This document shows positions 1-8,930 of a stretch of 64,000 bases of DNA, in pieces. Every line of letters begins with the position of its first letter. The stretch's first letter is position 1. Below the pieces are notes generated by a model. It was not told the origin of the DNA. It saw only the letters and a program-made list of their open reading frames with translations, and did no database searches. The translations under genes were made by a program, and so were the position numbers. The stretch comes from an uncultured virus (IMG/VR IMGVR_UViG_3300032053_000012) (taxonomy: Duplodnaviria; Heunggongvirae; Uroviricota; Caudoviricetes), in IMG/VR virus record IMGVR_UViG_3300032053_000012. One strand, written 5' to 3'.

Positions 1-944
1 CTGCTGCCGGCGAGCAGGCAGAGCCGCGCCAGTTCCTCGGGCATCACCGCGAAGTGCTCGTGGCTCTCGTCGCGGTACCCCTGGCTCGTGATCGGCCACA
101 CCGACCGGCGGTTCCGCGTCGCGCCCGCGGCGGCGGTCTCGGCTCGCTGCTCGCCGCCGCGCCACTGCTCGGTCGCGCGGCCGTCCATCGCGCGCATGCC
201 CGGGCTGCCGTGAGGTCGTCGCGTGTCCTGCGTGATCGCGGGCTCGCAGATCGCGACCGCGTCGTAGTAGTACGAGGGCGACTTCGCGAGCAGGAAGACG
301 TACTCGTGCGCCTTGGTCGGACGGTCCTCCACGCTCTCCGGCATGACGTTGAGCTTGGACCACAGGATGTCCGCGCGCAGGTACCAGCCGTCGGCGCGCA
401 GCGCGAACGCCACCATCCACGGGATCCCGACCAGGTCCTTCTCCTTCAGACCTGCAGGGACCGGACCCCCGCGCGTTCGATCATTGTCCTCGAGTCCCGC
501 GCGACCCTCCGACCGCTTGGATCCCCAGCGCGCCGCGTAGCTGTCCCCGAGGTTCAGCCAGAGCGTGCCGTCGTCGCGCAGCACGCGCCGCACCTCGCGC
601 AGCACCGCGACCAGCTCGGCGACGTAGCCCTCCGGCGTCCGCTCGAGGCCGATCTGCGCGTCGACCCGCCGCGCGCCGCAGCGTCGGCACGCGCTCGCGT
701 CCGCGTCCGGGCGCTGCCCGGTCGTGATCGCTCCTGGCGCCTTCGAGTCCGACACCTGGTCACCCACGCGATGCTCGCACGCCGGGTCGCCGCCCTCCCA
801 CGACGCTGTTCCATAGTCCCTGAGACCCCAGTAAGGCGGACTCGTCACGCAGCAGTGGACGCTCCGGTCTGGTAGCTCGCGCAGCCGCGCGCGGCAGTCG
901 CCGACGAGCAGCCGGATCGACCCGTCGTCGAGGTCGTCGGTCAT
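1..944 (-). CDS. Site-specific DNA methyltransferase (N4-C/N6-A, beta-class order); 3' end runs off the window
   Basis: Not in the ORF track because there is no stop in the window. Read by hand from ATG 944: MTDDLDDGSIRLLVGDCRARLRELPDRSVHCCVTSPPYWGLRDYG...DGTLWLNLGDSY...KDLVGIPWMVAFALRADGWYLRADILWSK..MPESVEDRPTKAHEYVFLL...EHFAVMPEELARLCLLAG. SPPY catalytic motif near the N-terminus. Confidence 0.93.
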   Translation of the reverse strand, partial: MTDDLDDGSIRLLVGDCRARLRELPDRSVHCCVTSPPYWGLRDYGTASWEGGDPACEHRVGDQVSDSKAPGAITTGQRPDADASACRRCGARRVDAQIGLERTPEGYVAELVAVLREVRRVLRDDGTLWLNLGDSYAARWGSKRSEGRAGLEDNDRTRGGPVPAGLKEKDLVGIPWMVAFALRADGWYLRADILWSKLNVMPESVEDRPTKAHEYVFLLAKSPSYYYDAVAICEPAITQDTRRPHGSPGMRAMDGRATEQWRGGEQRAETAAAGATRNRRSVWPITSQGYRDESHEHFAVMPEELARLCLLAGS

Positions 945-1095
945 CGCGTCGGTCCCCCGCTCGCTCGTCGCTCCTCGGGACCGATGCACCCCACGGACGG
1001 GACCCCTCGCTCTTCCCCGATCGAGGGAACGTCAGGCGTGGGACCCCGTCCGTGGAGCGTATCCCCACGTCTTTCACGCGCGCGCGCGCGGACGC

Positions 1096-1530
1096 TCACG
1101 GCGTCCCCCGGCGCGCGCGCCAGAGCGTCGAGGCCGCGAGCCGCGCGAGCTCGCGGTCCGCCGTCGACCACCCCATGCACGACTCGGTCGCGTACGTCGC
1201 GTACGGCCCCGCGTAGTCGACCAGCCGCTGCTCGTCGACGCCCTCGCGGCCGAGCGCGTCGACCACCCAGTGGGGCAGGTCCTCCCACTCGTCGAGCAGG
1301 GCCGACGCCACCGCGGCCGCGCGCAGGTCTGCCGCCCGCACCGCGGCCGACAGCGCGCCGCGGTCGAGCGACCACAGTTCGTCGGCGACGCGCCGCGCGA
1401 GTACCGCGACCTCGCCCTCGTAGTCGAGGAGTGCGCGCTCGACGTCGCGCGGCAGCGTCCACGACGTCCTGCCCAGCGCGACGGACGCGCGGCTCGGCAC
1501 CGCGAGACCCACGCCTGCGCGCGCGCTCAC
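1096..1530 (-). CDS. hypothetical protein
   Basis: GTG start overlaps the upstream stop (GTGA); protein-like composition (ALLDYEGEVAVLARRVADELW). Confidence 0.6.
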   Translation of the reverse strand: MSARAGVGLAVPSRASVALGRTSWTLPRDVERALLDYEGEVAVLARRVADELWSLDRGALSAAVRAADLRAAAVASALLDEWEDLPHWVVDALGREGVDEQRLVDYAGPYATYATESCMGWSTADRELARLAASTLWRARRGTP

Positions 1531-1820
1531 GCGTCCACCGTCGAAGGCAGCAGCACGCCGCGCCAGCCGCACGCGCCGCACCGCTGGTGCAAGTGAACGC
1601 CCGGCTCGTCGCAGTAGACCCTCCTCGAGAAGACCCACCAGCCGCGCCGCCCCACCATCGCGCGGGCGTCGGGCGCGCAACAGACCGGCCTCGACGCATC
1701 GCAGAAGCGCATGGTGCGTCCAACGACGATCAGCAGGCTCGTGTCGCACGCGGGGCACCGCGTCAGCGGGCCGCGCGCGAGGGACTTCGACGTCGGCAGG
1801 CGGTAGACCGACGCGGTCAC
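1527..1820 (-). CDS. small Cys-rich (zinc-ribbon-like) protein
   Basis: CPAC...HQRCGACGW; coupled to both neighbours. Confidence 0.6.
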   Translation of the reverse strand: MTASVYRLPTSKSLARGPLTRCPACDTSLLIVVGRTMRFCDASRPVCCAPDARAMVGRRGWWVFSRRVYCDEPGVHLHQRCGACGWRGVLLPSTVDA

Positions 1821-2485
1821 GACGCGTCCTCCCTGCCGACGGGTCCGAGCGCACCCTCGCGCTCGGTCCTACCCTCGTTGTCGTCGACCTCCTCGACCTC
1901 CGCGTCTCCTTCCGTGCCTTCCGCGAGCGCGGAGGCCAGCGCCTCCTCCACGTCCCTCGGCAGCCCGAACAGCCCGAGCGCGCCACGGCACGCGACGAAC
2001 GGCACCGCGCGCACGTCGGCGAGCACCAGCGCGAACCCGCCCATGTACCAGGCCGACTGCCCCGGCGTGATCACCCCGTCGCGCACCGCGCGCGCGAGGT
2101 CGATCGGCCCGGACACCACGTCGACCACGCGCGCGCGCCCGACCACGCCGCCCCGGTGCTCGAGGATCAGCCGGTGGTTCGTTGGGTGCGGCAGCGAGTC
2201 GGTCGCCCTGGCCTTCCTCGCCATCCGGATCATCTCGTCGGCCGCGTCGAGGTACTCCGCGACGTCGGCGCGCTGGGGCGGCAGCCGCTCCGCGTCGCCG
2301 CGCGGCCAGTTCGCCGCGTGCAGCCAGATCGGCCCGCGGTACCGGCACGACCGCCACGCGGTGCGGTTCTCGAGCCGCTTGCCCGCGCGCAGGATCGCCC
2401 ACGCCCACGGCTGACGCAAGCTCAGAGTCGGGGTCGCCCCCGGCGTGAGCGCCCACGAGGGAAAACCGCTCGCGCCCGCGCTCAT
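1817..2485 (-). CDS. ASCH-domain protein
   Basis: LSLRQPWAWAILRAGKRLENRTAW..YRGPIWLHA and C-terminal PFVACRGALGLF match the ASCH signature; ATG 2485 overlaps the upstream stop. Confidence 0.85.
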   Translation of the reverse strand: MSAGASGFPSWALTPGATPTLSLRQPWAWAILRAGKRLENRTAWRSCRYRGPIWLHAANWPRGDAERLPPQRADVAEYLDAADEMIRMARKARATDSLPHPTNHRLILEHRGGVVGRARVVDVVSGPIDLARAVRDGVITPGQSAWYMGGFALVLADVRAVPFVACRGALGLFGLPRDVEEALASALAEGTEGDAEVEEVDDNEGRTEREGALGPVGREDAS

Positions 2486-2922
2486 CGCGCGCGACCGTTC
2501 GGCTTCGCGGTGTTCTCGATCCTCTTGCCCGCGTGCAGTCGTCTCTTCGCGTGCGCGTACGCGACCGCGTCGGCCAGCGCGACGGCGCGCCTCGTCCACT
2601 CGAGGCTCGCGTCGATCACCGCCACGGACGTGTGGTGGTGGCCGGACGCCAGGCCGTGAGACTGGCACGCGGCGGCGTCCTCCTCGCGCAGCCGCAGCGC
2701 GAGGTCGCGCGCGGACGCGTAGCGGGCTACCTCGGCCGGGTCGACCGCTGACGCGAGCGCGCGCGACCGCGCGAGCTCGGCGCGCAGGCGCGCGACCTCC
2801 TCGCGCAGGCGGCGGTCCTCGTCCTTCGCGCGCGCGAGGTCGGCCTCGAGCGAGACGTAGTCGCCGACGTCCGCGCTCCGCTTGGTCGGTCCCGAGTAGT
2901 CCCTCTCCCCGCTCGTGCTCAC
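2482..2922 (-). CDS. hypothetical protein (coiled-coil)
   Basis: Coupled ORF; LEADLARAKDEDRRLREEVARLRAEL. Confidence 0.6.
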   Translation of the reverse strand: MSTSGERDYSGPTKRSADVGDYVSLEADLARAKDEDRRLREEVARLRAELARSRALASAVDPAEVARYASARDLALRLREEDAAACQSHGLASGHHHTSVAVIDASLEWTRRAVALADAVAYAHAKRRLHAGKRIENTAKPNGRAR

Positions 2923-3197
2923 GAGAACGCCTCGCCCTCGTTAGATTCGTTGGACTCGTTGAACAGCACGCAGACGCGGATCAGCGCGACGGCGTAGTGC
3001 GCGCGGTGCTCCGCGCAGAGCGCGTTCTTGAAGGAGTCGAGGCCGAGCTGCCAGCCCATGAACGCGCCGCCGATCACCGCCTCGAAGAGCGACAGCCGCA
3101 TGAGGTCACACGCGGGGCACGGCCGCTGCGGCTTGGTCGTCTCCGTCGTCTCCGTCGTTCTCATCCCCAGCGGTCGCGATGGATCTTCGGTTGTCAC
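2919..3197 (-). CDS. hypothetical protein
   Basis: Coupled ORF, CPAC...CAEH; start uncertain. Confidence 0.5.
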   Translation of the reverse strand: MTTEDPSRPLGMRTTETTETTKPQRPCPACDLMRLSLFEAVIGGAFMGWQLGLDSFKNALCAEHRAHYAVALIRVCVLFNESNESNEGEAFS

Positions 3198-3430
3198 GGC
3201 CGCCTCCACGCCTCAAGCGGGATTTCCGCGAGGTCGAGGAGTACGAGTACGGTGTCCACGTCTGGCCTCGTCTCGTTCTTTTGAATCCGATCCGCAGTCT
3301 CCCACGAGCAGTCGAGTCGCCTCGCTATTTTGGCTGTGTCGAGCCCCTCGCGCTTGATCCACTTGTCGAGCATGTCGAGCGCGCGCGGTTTGTCGCTGGC
3401 CTTTGTCTTCGCGGTCGTCGTCGTCGCCAT
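3194..3430 (-). CDS. XRE/Cro-like helix-turn-helix regulator
   Basis: 78 aa; LDKWIKREGLDTAKIARRLDCSWETADRIQKNETRPDVDTVL; first gene of the leftward arm. Confidence 0.8.
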   Translation of the reverse strand: MATTTTAKTKASDKPRALDMLDKWIKREGLDTAKIARRLDCSWETADRIQKNETRPDVDTVLVLLDLAEIPLEAWRRP

Positions 3431-3480
3431 GACCAAGAAGTACCACCCGCGGTCTGTCACGGTCAAGGAAACCGTGTCAG
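3431..3480 (-). promoter_or_regulatory. Leftward sigma70-like promoter with an overlapping inverted repeat (putative operator)
   Basis: Minus strand TTGACC-N18-TACTTC-N6-ATG; inverted repeat ctgtcacggt-N7-accgtgtcag (3454-3480, 1 mismatch) straddles the -35. Confidence 0.55.
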
Positions 3481-3524
3481 ATCCCTGCGCGTCGCGCGTG
3501 AGGGTGGCCGTCTCGACAAACCGA

Positions 3525-3554
3525 TTGACTATTGAATTGGACTAGGTGTAGGGT
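3525..3554 (+). promoter_or_regulatory. Rightward sigma70-like promoter
   Basis: TTGACT-N18-TAGGGT in a locally AT-rich divergent intergenic region. Confidence 0.55.
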
Positions 3555-3564
3555 CGTCTCACTC

Positions 3565-3598
3565 GCGGGGATGTACCCCGCAGGGGATGTACCCCGCA
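3565..3598. repeat. Tandem 16-bp near-palindromic repeat (ggggatgtaccccgca x2)
   Basis: Exact copies at 3567-3582 and 3583-3598; gcgggg-N5-ccccgc dyad. Confidence 0.85.
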
Positions 3599-3611
3599 GG
3601 AGGATAGGACG

Positions 3612-4292
3612 ATGGGCGTCTGGGTTCTGTACGACGGCGACAGGGAGCGGGCGGTCCTCTACGACAGCGTGACCGAGACCCCGTTCGGTCCCGGGTTCGT
3701 CGGCGGCGACGCAAGGGAGGCGGCCGACTGCTTCCTGCGCTACCTCGACCTCTGCTGCGAGGCGGTGCCCTCTGCACTGCCCGGCCGCACGACCCACGAC
3801 GCGCGCGCCTACGGCGCGGTCGCGCTCGACGCACTGCACACGCGCTGGCTCAGTGCGACGCAGTGCCGCAGGTGCAGCACCGACCTCGACCACGCCGCGG
3901 TGATGATGCTCGGCGACGAGTCCTTCCGCGAGGCGATGGCGGGCGACCTCGTGCGCTGCGACCACTGCGTCGCCGACGGCTACCTCCGGGGCGCACGCGC
4001 GAGGTTGGCGCGCGAGGAGTACGCGTCGAAGTACGCGTCGAGCCGCGAGGACCCGTGGTGCTACGTGCGCGCGACCGACGAGGACGACGCGCGCGTGTTT
4101 TTCGGCGTGCGAAGGGACGCCGAGGTGCGCGACCTCGGACCGTGGCGCAGCGTCGTGCATGACAAGGAGGACGACGAGGAGGCCGAACGAGCATACGCGG
4201 AGGACGACGTGGCACCGCACGTGTACGCGGTCTGGATCCACAAGGACCCGGTCCACGTCGCGCCGGCCGCGACGCCGAGGTCGGCGTCGTGA
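3612..4292 (+). CDS. hypothetical phage protein
   Basis: AGGAGG RBS; first rightward gene; 226 aa with CxxC pairs. Confidence 0.75.
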   Translation: MGVWVLYDGDRERAVLYDSVTETPFGPGFVGGDAREAADCFLRYLDLCCEAVPSALPGRTTHDARAYGAVALDALHTRWLSATQCRRCSTDLDHAAVMMLGDESFREAMAGDLVRCDHCVADGYLRGARARLAREEYASKYASSREDPWCYVRATDEDDARVFFGVRRDAEVRDLGPWRSVVHDKEDDEEAERAYAEDDVAPHVYAVWIHKDPVHVAPAATPRSAS

Positions 4293-4501
4293 GCGCGCGC
4301 GGCCAGGCGCGCGGCCAGAGGAGCACGGCGGGCACGACGAGGAAGACCGGGTCGATCGTCCCCGTCGTCCGCGCGCGCTGCGTCCAGTGCGGCGGCGAGC
4401 GGGACGTGCGCCCCGGCGAGGTCGCCGCGGGCGACGTGCCCATGTGCCTCTCGTGCTTCGCGCCGATGGTGGCGGTCCAGGCGATCGGGGTCGGGTCGTG
4501 A
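4289..4501 (+). CDS. zinc-ribbon protein
   Basis: CVQCG...CLSC; coupled. Confidence 0.6.
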   Translation: MSARGQARGQRSTAGTTRKTGSIVPVVRARCVQCGGERDVRPGEVAAGDVPMCLSCFAPMVAVQAIGVGS

Positions 4502-5094
4502 GCGCGCCGGACTCTGACTCCGGCGCGTCCGGCGCGTCGGGTCTCGGCGAGAAGTGCCCGCGCTGCGGTCACTACGGCTTCACCTGCGAGCGCGACGGGC
4601 GGGACACGTGCGAGGCGCGCGGGCGCGTGCGCGCGCTCGGCGCCGACGTGCGCCGCCGCGTCGCGGGGCTGCGCGTCGAGGCGAGCGTCGGGCTGCTCGC
4701 GGCCCTGCGCGAGGTGCGTCGCGTGCGCGCCGCCTACGACGCAGCGACCGGGCTCGACCGGCGCGTCGCGCTCGACCGCGCGGTGCGCGTGCTCGCGTGC
4801 GACCTCCTGGGCGAGCTCGAGGACGTGCTCGACGCGCCCGACCACGAGCTGGACGACCTCGTCGGCGACGTGTGCATGCAGAAGGTCGACGGCCCGGCCG
4901 GCGAGGGTCGGGGCGTCTTCTACTGGCGGCCCCGACTGCGCCCCGGGCACTCCTACTGCGGCAGGTCGAAGGCGCCCGACGCCGAGGTCTGCGGCTACTG
5001 CGAGACGGAGCGCCGGCAGGGCGAGTCGGGCGACCTCGACCAGCCGGTGCCGTTCGCGCTCGCGGGCGCGGCGGACGGGACGGTGGCGCCGTGA
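4498..5094 (+). CDS. hypothetical protein with Cys motifs
   Basis: GTGA coupling; CPRCG...CGYC. Confidence 0.6.
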   Translation: MSAPDSDSGASGASGLGEKCPRCGHYGFTCERDGRDTCEARGRVRALGADVRRRVAGLRVEASVGLLAALREVRRVRAAYDAATGLDRRVALDRAVRVLACDLLGELEDVLDAPDHELDDLVGDVCMQKVDGPAGEGRGVFYWRPRLRPGHSYCGRSKAPDAEVCGYCETERRQGESGDLDQPVPFALAGAADGTVAP

Positions 5095-5384
5095 GCGACG
5101 TCGAGGCGGCAGAGAAGGTCGAGGAAGTCGAGGTCGTGGTGCTGCGCGACTTCGACGGCTACTTCGAGCACCTGACGCGGCGCATCCTCGCGCGCGCCGA
5201 CGCCCTCGGTCACGCGCTCAGGTACAAGGTGGTGCAGGTCGACGCCGCTCCCTACCGCGGCGACGGGCTGCGGGTCGTCGAGGTCGACCCCGACACCGTG
5301 CGGCTCGACTTCTACTCCGCGCTCCGCAAGGGGTTCGGGTCGCTCTCCGCGCAGGACCTCGACGACGCCGCGAGGCTGCTGTGA
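5091..5384 (+). CDS. hypothetical protein
   Basis: GTGA coupling; VVVLRDFDGYFEHLTRRIL. Confidence 0.6.
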   Translation: MSDVEAAEKVEEVEVVVLRDFDGYFEHLTRRILARADALGHALRYKVVQVDAAPYRGDGLRVVEVDPDTVRLDFYSALRKGFGSLSAQDLDDAARLL

Positions 5385-5665
5385 TGACTCTCGGCGAACT
5401 GAGCCGCAGGCTCCGCGTCATCGGCGCGTCGATCTCGATCGACGCGTCGGGCGGAGTCGCGCGGGTCGAGGTGCGCGTCGGGTCCCTCTACTACGGCGCG
5501 TCGGGGCCGCTCGGCGAGCTCGACGACGTGGTGGCGACCGCGCTCCTGCGCGTCGAGGAGCAGGCTCTCGAGTGCGTCCCCTCTGACCAAGTTTGGGAGG
5601 AGCAGGTCGTAGAGCAGGACGTCGTCTCCGAGCAGGCGAGCGACCGACCGAGCGACCGACCATGA
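5384..5665 (+). CDS. hypothetical protein
   Basis: Coupled ORF. Confidence 0.55.
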   Translation: MTLGELSRRLRVIGASISIDASGGVARVEVRVGSLYYGASGPLGELDDVVATALLRVEEQALECVPSDQVWEEQVVEQDVVSEQASDRPSDRP

Positions 5666-5916
5666 GCCGCTGGCGGGTCACGCTGCGCGGCAGGCCCGCG
5701 CGCGGCAGGTCGTCCGTGTTCGTCCTCGTGCTCGGCAGCCGCGGGCGCAGGTGCGCGGCGGTGAAGCTCGCGGAAAAGGCTCGGAGCGTCTGGCCGAGGG
5801 TCGACGTCCGGGTCGAGGAGGTCCGCGACGACGGGACCGTGGTGGTCGGTCGCGTCGGTCGCGTCGGTCGTGTCGGTCGCGTGAGCGACGAGAAGGCGGA
5901 GGCGCGGGCGCGATGA
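5662..5916 (+). CDS. hypothetical protein
   Basis: ATGA coupling; contains a VGR tandem repeat. Confidence 0.5.
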   Translation: MSRWRVTLRGRPARGRSSVFVLVLGSRGRRCAAVKLAEKARSVWPRVDVRVEEVRDDGTVVVGRVGRVGRVGRVSDEKAEARAR

Positions 5917-6254
5917 CGACGAGGATCCACACCGTCCGCGAACTCGTGGTCGCGCTGCAGGGCGAGGACCAGGACGCGCTCGTCGTCGCCACGTGGGAGG
6001 GGATCCTCCGCGCGATCACGGTCTACCACGCGAGGTCCTCGTGGACGCGGACTGCGGGGACTACCGATCCAACTTCGAGAACGACGCCGACGTGCCGCGC
6101 GATGCGCGGCGTGGTCGACCTCGCGTTCCTGATCATCGGCCTCGCGATCCTCGCCTACTGGTGCGTGCTCGTCTGGCAGGCCGTTGAACGATGGCGAAGC
6201 CGCGCGAGGGCGCTCGAGGTCGTCCGTCGGTGGCGAAGCAGAACGGAGGAGTGA
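5913..6254 (+). CDS. hypothetical protein, possibly frameshifted or two fused genes; C-terminal hydrophobic segment
   Basis: MTTRIHTVRELVVALQ...VYHA, then a low-quality stretch, then VVDLAFLIIGLAILAYWCVLVW. Confidence 0.4.
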   Translation: MTTRIHTVRELVVALQGEDQDALVVATWEGILRAITVYHARSSWTRTAGTTDPTSRTTPTCRAMRGVVDLAFLIIGLAILAYWCVLVWQAVERWRSRARALEVVRRWRSRTEE

Positions 6255-6392
6255 ATGGGCATGGTGAAGTTCGGAGCCGGTGAGAACAACTACTGTGGTG
6301 CCTGCGGCCGATCGAACTCGGACGGCTGCGAGTGCGCAACGAGCGAAGCAGTCGGCGGCCGAGCAGCAGGCGCAGGAAGACGAGGCAAAGGC

Positions 6393-7517
6393 ATGAGCGT
6401 GAGCACGACGAACGTGAGTACGACGACGACGGATGCGACGACGCAGAAGAACGCGCTGTCCCCGACGCGGGCCGCGGTCGCCGCGGTCGCTGCGGTCGCC
6501 GCCGCCGAGGCGCGCGCCGAGCCGGACGACCTCGCGGTCGACACGGTCGACCGGCGCGACGCGCCCGACCGGACGATGGTCTACGGGCCGGGCGGCGTCG
6601 GCAAGTCGACCTTCGCGTCGCAGTGCCCGGGCATCTATTTCCTCGGCGTCGAGGAGGGCGCGAACCAGATCCACGTCGCGAAGTACAAGCACGCGTTCAA
6701 GACGCTCAAGGTGTTCGACGACGCCATGTCGAAGCTGCGCCACAAGCGGCACCCCTACCGCGGCGTCTGCGTCGACGCGCTGGGCGCCCTCGAGGAGCTG
6801 TTCGTGGAAGCGATCGAGGAGCGGCTGCGGACCGCGGGCGGCAAGGGCGCGAAGTCGATCGCGGAGATGAACGACGACTACGGCGCCGGCTACGCCCTGA
6901 TCCGCGACGAGTGGCGGAGCGTGTTGCGGCGCCTCGACGACCTGCGCGAGGCGCGCGACATGCGCGTGATCCTCGTCGCGCACAGCAAGACCGAGACGGT
7001 CCACAACCTCGAGGGCAAGGACTACCAGCGCTACACGATCGACCTGCTCGGCAGCAAGTCTGTCAAGCTCGTCACGAACTGGTGCGACAACGTGCTGTTC
7101 GCGCGCCAGGACGTGCTGGTCGCCGCGATGGACAAGAAGAAGGTGCAGGCGCGCAACACGCTGCTGTCGCTCTACGCGCGCGGCAGCGGCTCGTGGGACG
7201 CCAAGACGCGCGGCGACGTGCCGTGGCCCGAGCGGCTGCCGCTCGACTGGGAGACGTTCGAGCGCGTGCGGCTGCTCGTCGCCGAGCACGGTCGCGACCT
7301 CGCCGACCGGCTTCGCGCGCGGTTTGCCGCGGTTGAGGCGGGGATCGCCGAGGACAGCCGGGCGCGCGCGCGCGCCGTGTTCGACGGCGCGGTCTCCGGG
7401 GGTCAGTGGCACATGGCCGACGCGGTGCTCGAGCAGGCCGAGGAGGAGGCGCGGGACGCGCTCACGGGCGGCGGCGGTGGCGGCTCTGCCGCGGTCGCGG
7501 GGGGCGAGGACCTGTGA
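6393..7517 (+). CDS. AAA_24-family phage ATPase (Sak4-like single-strand annealing protein)
   Basis: MVYGPGGVGKSTFASQ (Walker A), VEEG, VCVD (Walker B), YGAGY, VILVAHS, WCDNVLFA, WDAKTR. Confidence 0.88.
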   Translation: MSVSTTNVSTTTTDATTQKNALSPTRAAVAAVAAVAAAEARAEPDDLAVDTVDRRDAPDRTMVYGPGGVGKSTFASQCPGIYFLGVEEGANQIHVAKYKHAFKTLKVFDDAMSKLRHKRHPYRGVCVDALGALEELFVEAIEERLRTAGGKGAKSIAEMNDDYGAGYALIRDEWRSVLRRLDDLREARDMRVILVAHSKTETVHNLEGKDYQRYTIDLLGSKSVKLVTNWCDNVLFARQDVLVAAMDKKKVQARNTLLSLYARGSGSWDAKTRGDVPWPERLPLDWETFERVRLLVAEHGRDLADRLRARFAAVEAGIAEDSRARARAVFDGAVSGGQWHMADAVLEQAEEEARDALTGGGGGGSAAVAGGEDL

Positions 7518-8158
7518 GCGGTGCCTATCGACACTACCTGTCGAGGTCGGACGCAGCGTCGTCGGACGCGAGGCCGGACTGCGCCTGCGGTCACTCGGCC
7601 AAGGACCATCACCCGAGGACCGGCTACTTCGGCTCGACCACCCAGTGCGGTGCGGGCAACGGTCGGGGATTCTCGTGCGGCTGCATGGCGTACTCGCCGG
7701 TAGGTGTGTCTGAGAAACTCGCGCAGGCCAAGCCAGACGCCGCGGGCGAGTCGCTGATCGCGTCGTTCGTCGGCTCGCTCGCGGGCGGCTTCCTCGGCGC
7801 CGCGGTCGGCCGGGCGGGGGACCGCGAGCTCGACGCGCTGCGCGAGGTCGTCCGCGCCGCTCGCGTGCTGATCAAGAGGATGGACGCGCGCGCGAGGCGC
7901 GACAGCGGCGTCCCGAGGGCTTGGCTCGACCCGCTGCGGGTCGCCGTCGGCCGACTGACCGAGACGCCTGAGACGTCGACTGAGACGTCGACTGAGACGT
8001 CGTCGACTGAGACGGCCGACGCCGCCCGCGACGCCGTGCCGGTCGCGAGTGCAGCGAGCACCGCGAGCGCGACGAGTGCAGAGACTTCATCCGACCTGCG
8101 CGGGGATGGTCCCCGGCCGGTCACTCCACGGAGAGCAGTCGAAACGAAGAGACGGTGA
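7514..8158 (+). CDS. hypothetical protein
   Basis: GTGA coupling; CACGH..H..C..CGC N-terminal finger. Confidence 0.55.
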   Translation: MSGAYRHYLSRSDAASSDARPDCACGHSAKDHHPRTGYFGSTTQCGAGNGRGFSCGCMAYSPVGVSEKLAQAKPDAAGESLIASFVGSLAGGFLGAAVGRAGDRELDALREVVRAARVLIKRMDARARRDSGVPRAWLDPLRVAVGRLTETPETSTETSTETSSTETADAARDAVPVASAASTASATSAETSSDLRGDGPRPVTPRRAVETKRR

Positions 8159-8164
8159 GCGAAC

Positions 8165-8764
8165 ATGGCTGACATGAACGGTCGATACAAGGGCAAGATC
8201 GAAGTGGTCGAGTACCGCGTGAGCGCGAAGAAGGACACGCCGTGCCTGCACGCGACGTGTCTCGTGACCGAGGAGGGGCCGCACCTCGGCCGGCGCCTGC
8301 CCTGGGAGGGCTGGCTCACCGACACCGCGGTGAAGCGCACCTACGAGAGCCTCGCCTTCGGCGGGTGCACCTTCCCCGTGAAGCAGGGCGAGACGAAGCA
8401 AGAGGTGATCGCCGCGGGGGCAGACCCGCGGAACTTCGAGGGCTGCGACGAGAACGACGTCGAGCTCGTGGTCGAGACCGACGAGATCGAGCTCGAGGCG
8501 ACGGCCGAGTACCCGAACCCGCGCAAGGTGAAGTCGACGCGCGTCAGCTTCATCAACCGCCTCGGCGGCGAGGGTCGCACGACCAAGAAGATCGACGACG
8601 CGCAGCGCGACGTGCTCGCCATGTCGTTCCTCGGCGTGGTGGCGCAGGTGAAGGCCGAGCAGGAGGGTCGCGCGTCGAAGGGCGGCGACGCGAGCTTCGA
8701 CCCGAAGGCGATCGAGAAGGGCGCGCCCGCGGCGGCTGGCGCGAAGAAGAAGGGGATGTACTAG
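8165..8764 (+). CDS. putative phage single-stranded DNA-binding protein (DUF669-like)
   Basis: GRYKGKIEVVEY..SAKKDTPCL...WLTDTAVKRTYESL..G...VELVVE...RVSFIN; lies just downstream of the AAA_24 gene, a typical pairing. Confidence 0.65.
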   Translation: MADMNGRYKGKIEVVEYRVSAKKDTPCLHATCLVTEEGPHLGRRLPWEGWLTDTAVKRTYESLAFGGCTFPVKQGETKQEVIAAGADPRNFEGCDENDVELVVETDEIELEATAEYPNPRKVKSTRVSFINRLGGEGRTTKKIDDAQRDVLAMSFLGVVAQVKAEQEGRASKGGDASFDPKAIEKGAPAAAGAKKKGMY

Positions 8765-8781
8765 CGCTCCGTAGAGCGGGT

Positions 8782-8822
8782 GAGGGGGCGCGACCGGGCT
8801 CGGATCCGGTCGCCTCCCCCTC
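8782..8822 (+). terminator. Strong GC hairpin after the SSB-like gene (no U tail)
   Basis: gagggggcgcgaccgg-N8-ccggtcgcctccccctc. Confidence 0.45.
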
Positions 8823-8930
8823 GTCGCTCGAACGGCGCGCCGCGCGCGGCGCTCTGCTTGCACCAGCCCGTCGTCGCGCGGCCCGTCGTTCAAGCGTCCT
8901 GTTGAGTGAGGAAGAGAGGGGATCGAGGCG

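Noticed and set aside
54..2414. Plus-strand Arg-rich ORFs (54..875, 984..2414) and many similar ORF-track entries
   Set aside because: Off-frame or antisense products of real genes; stop codons are rare at this GC
8770..8830. tRNA-like look of the hairpin after the SSB-like gene
   Set aside because: A single stem-loop only; no cloverleaf, TTC loop or CCA
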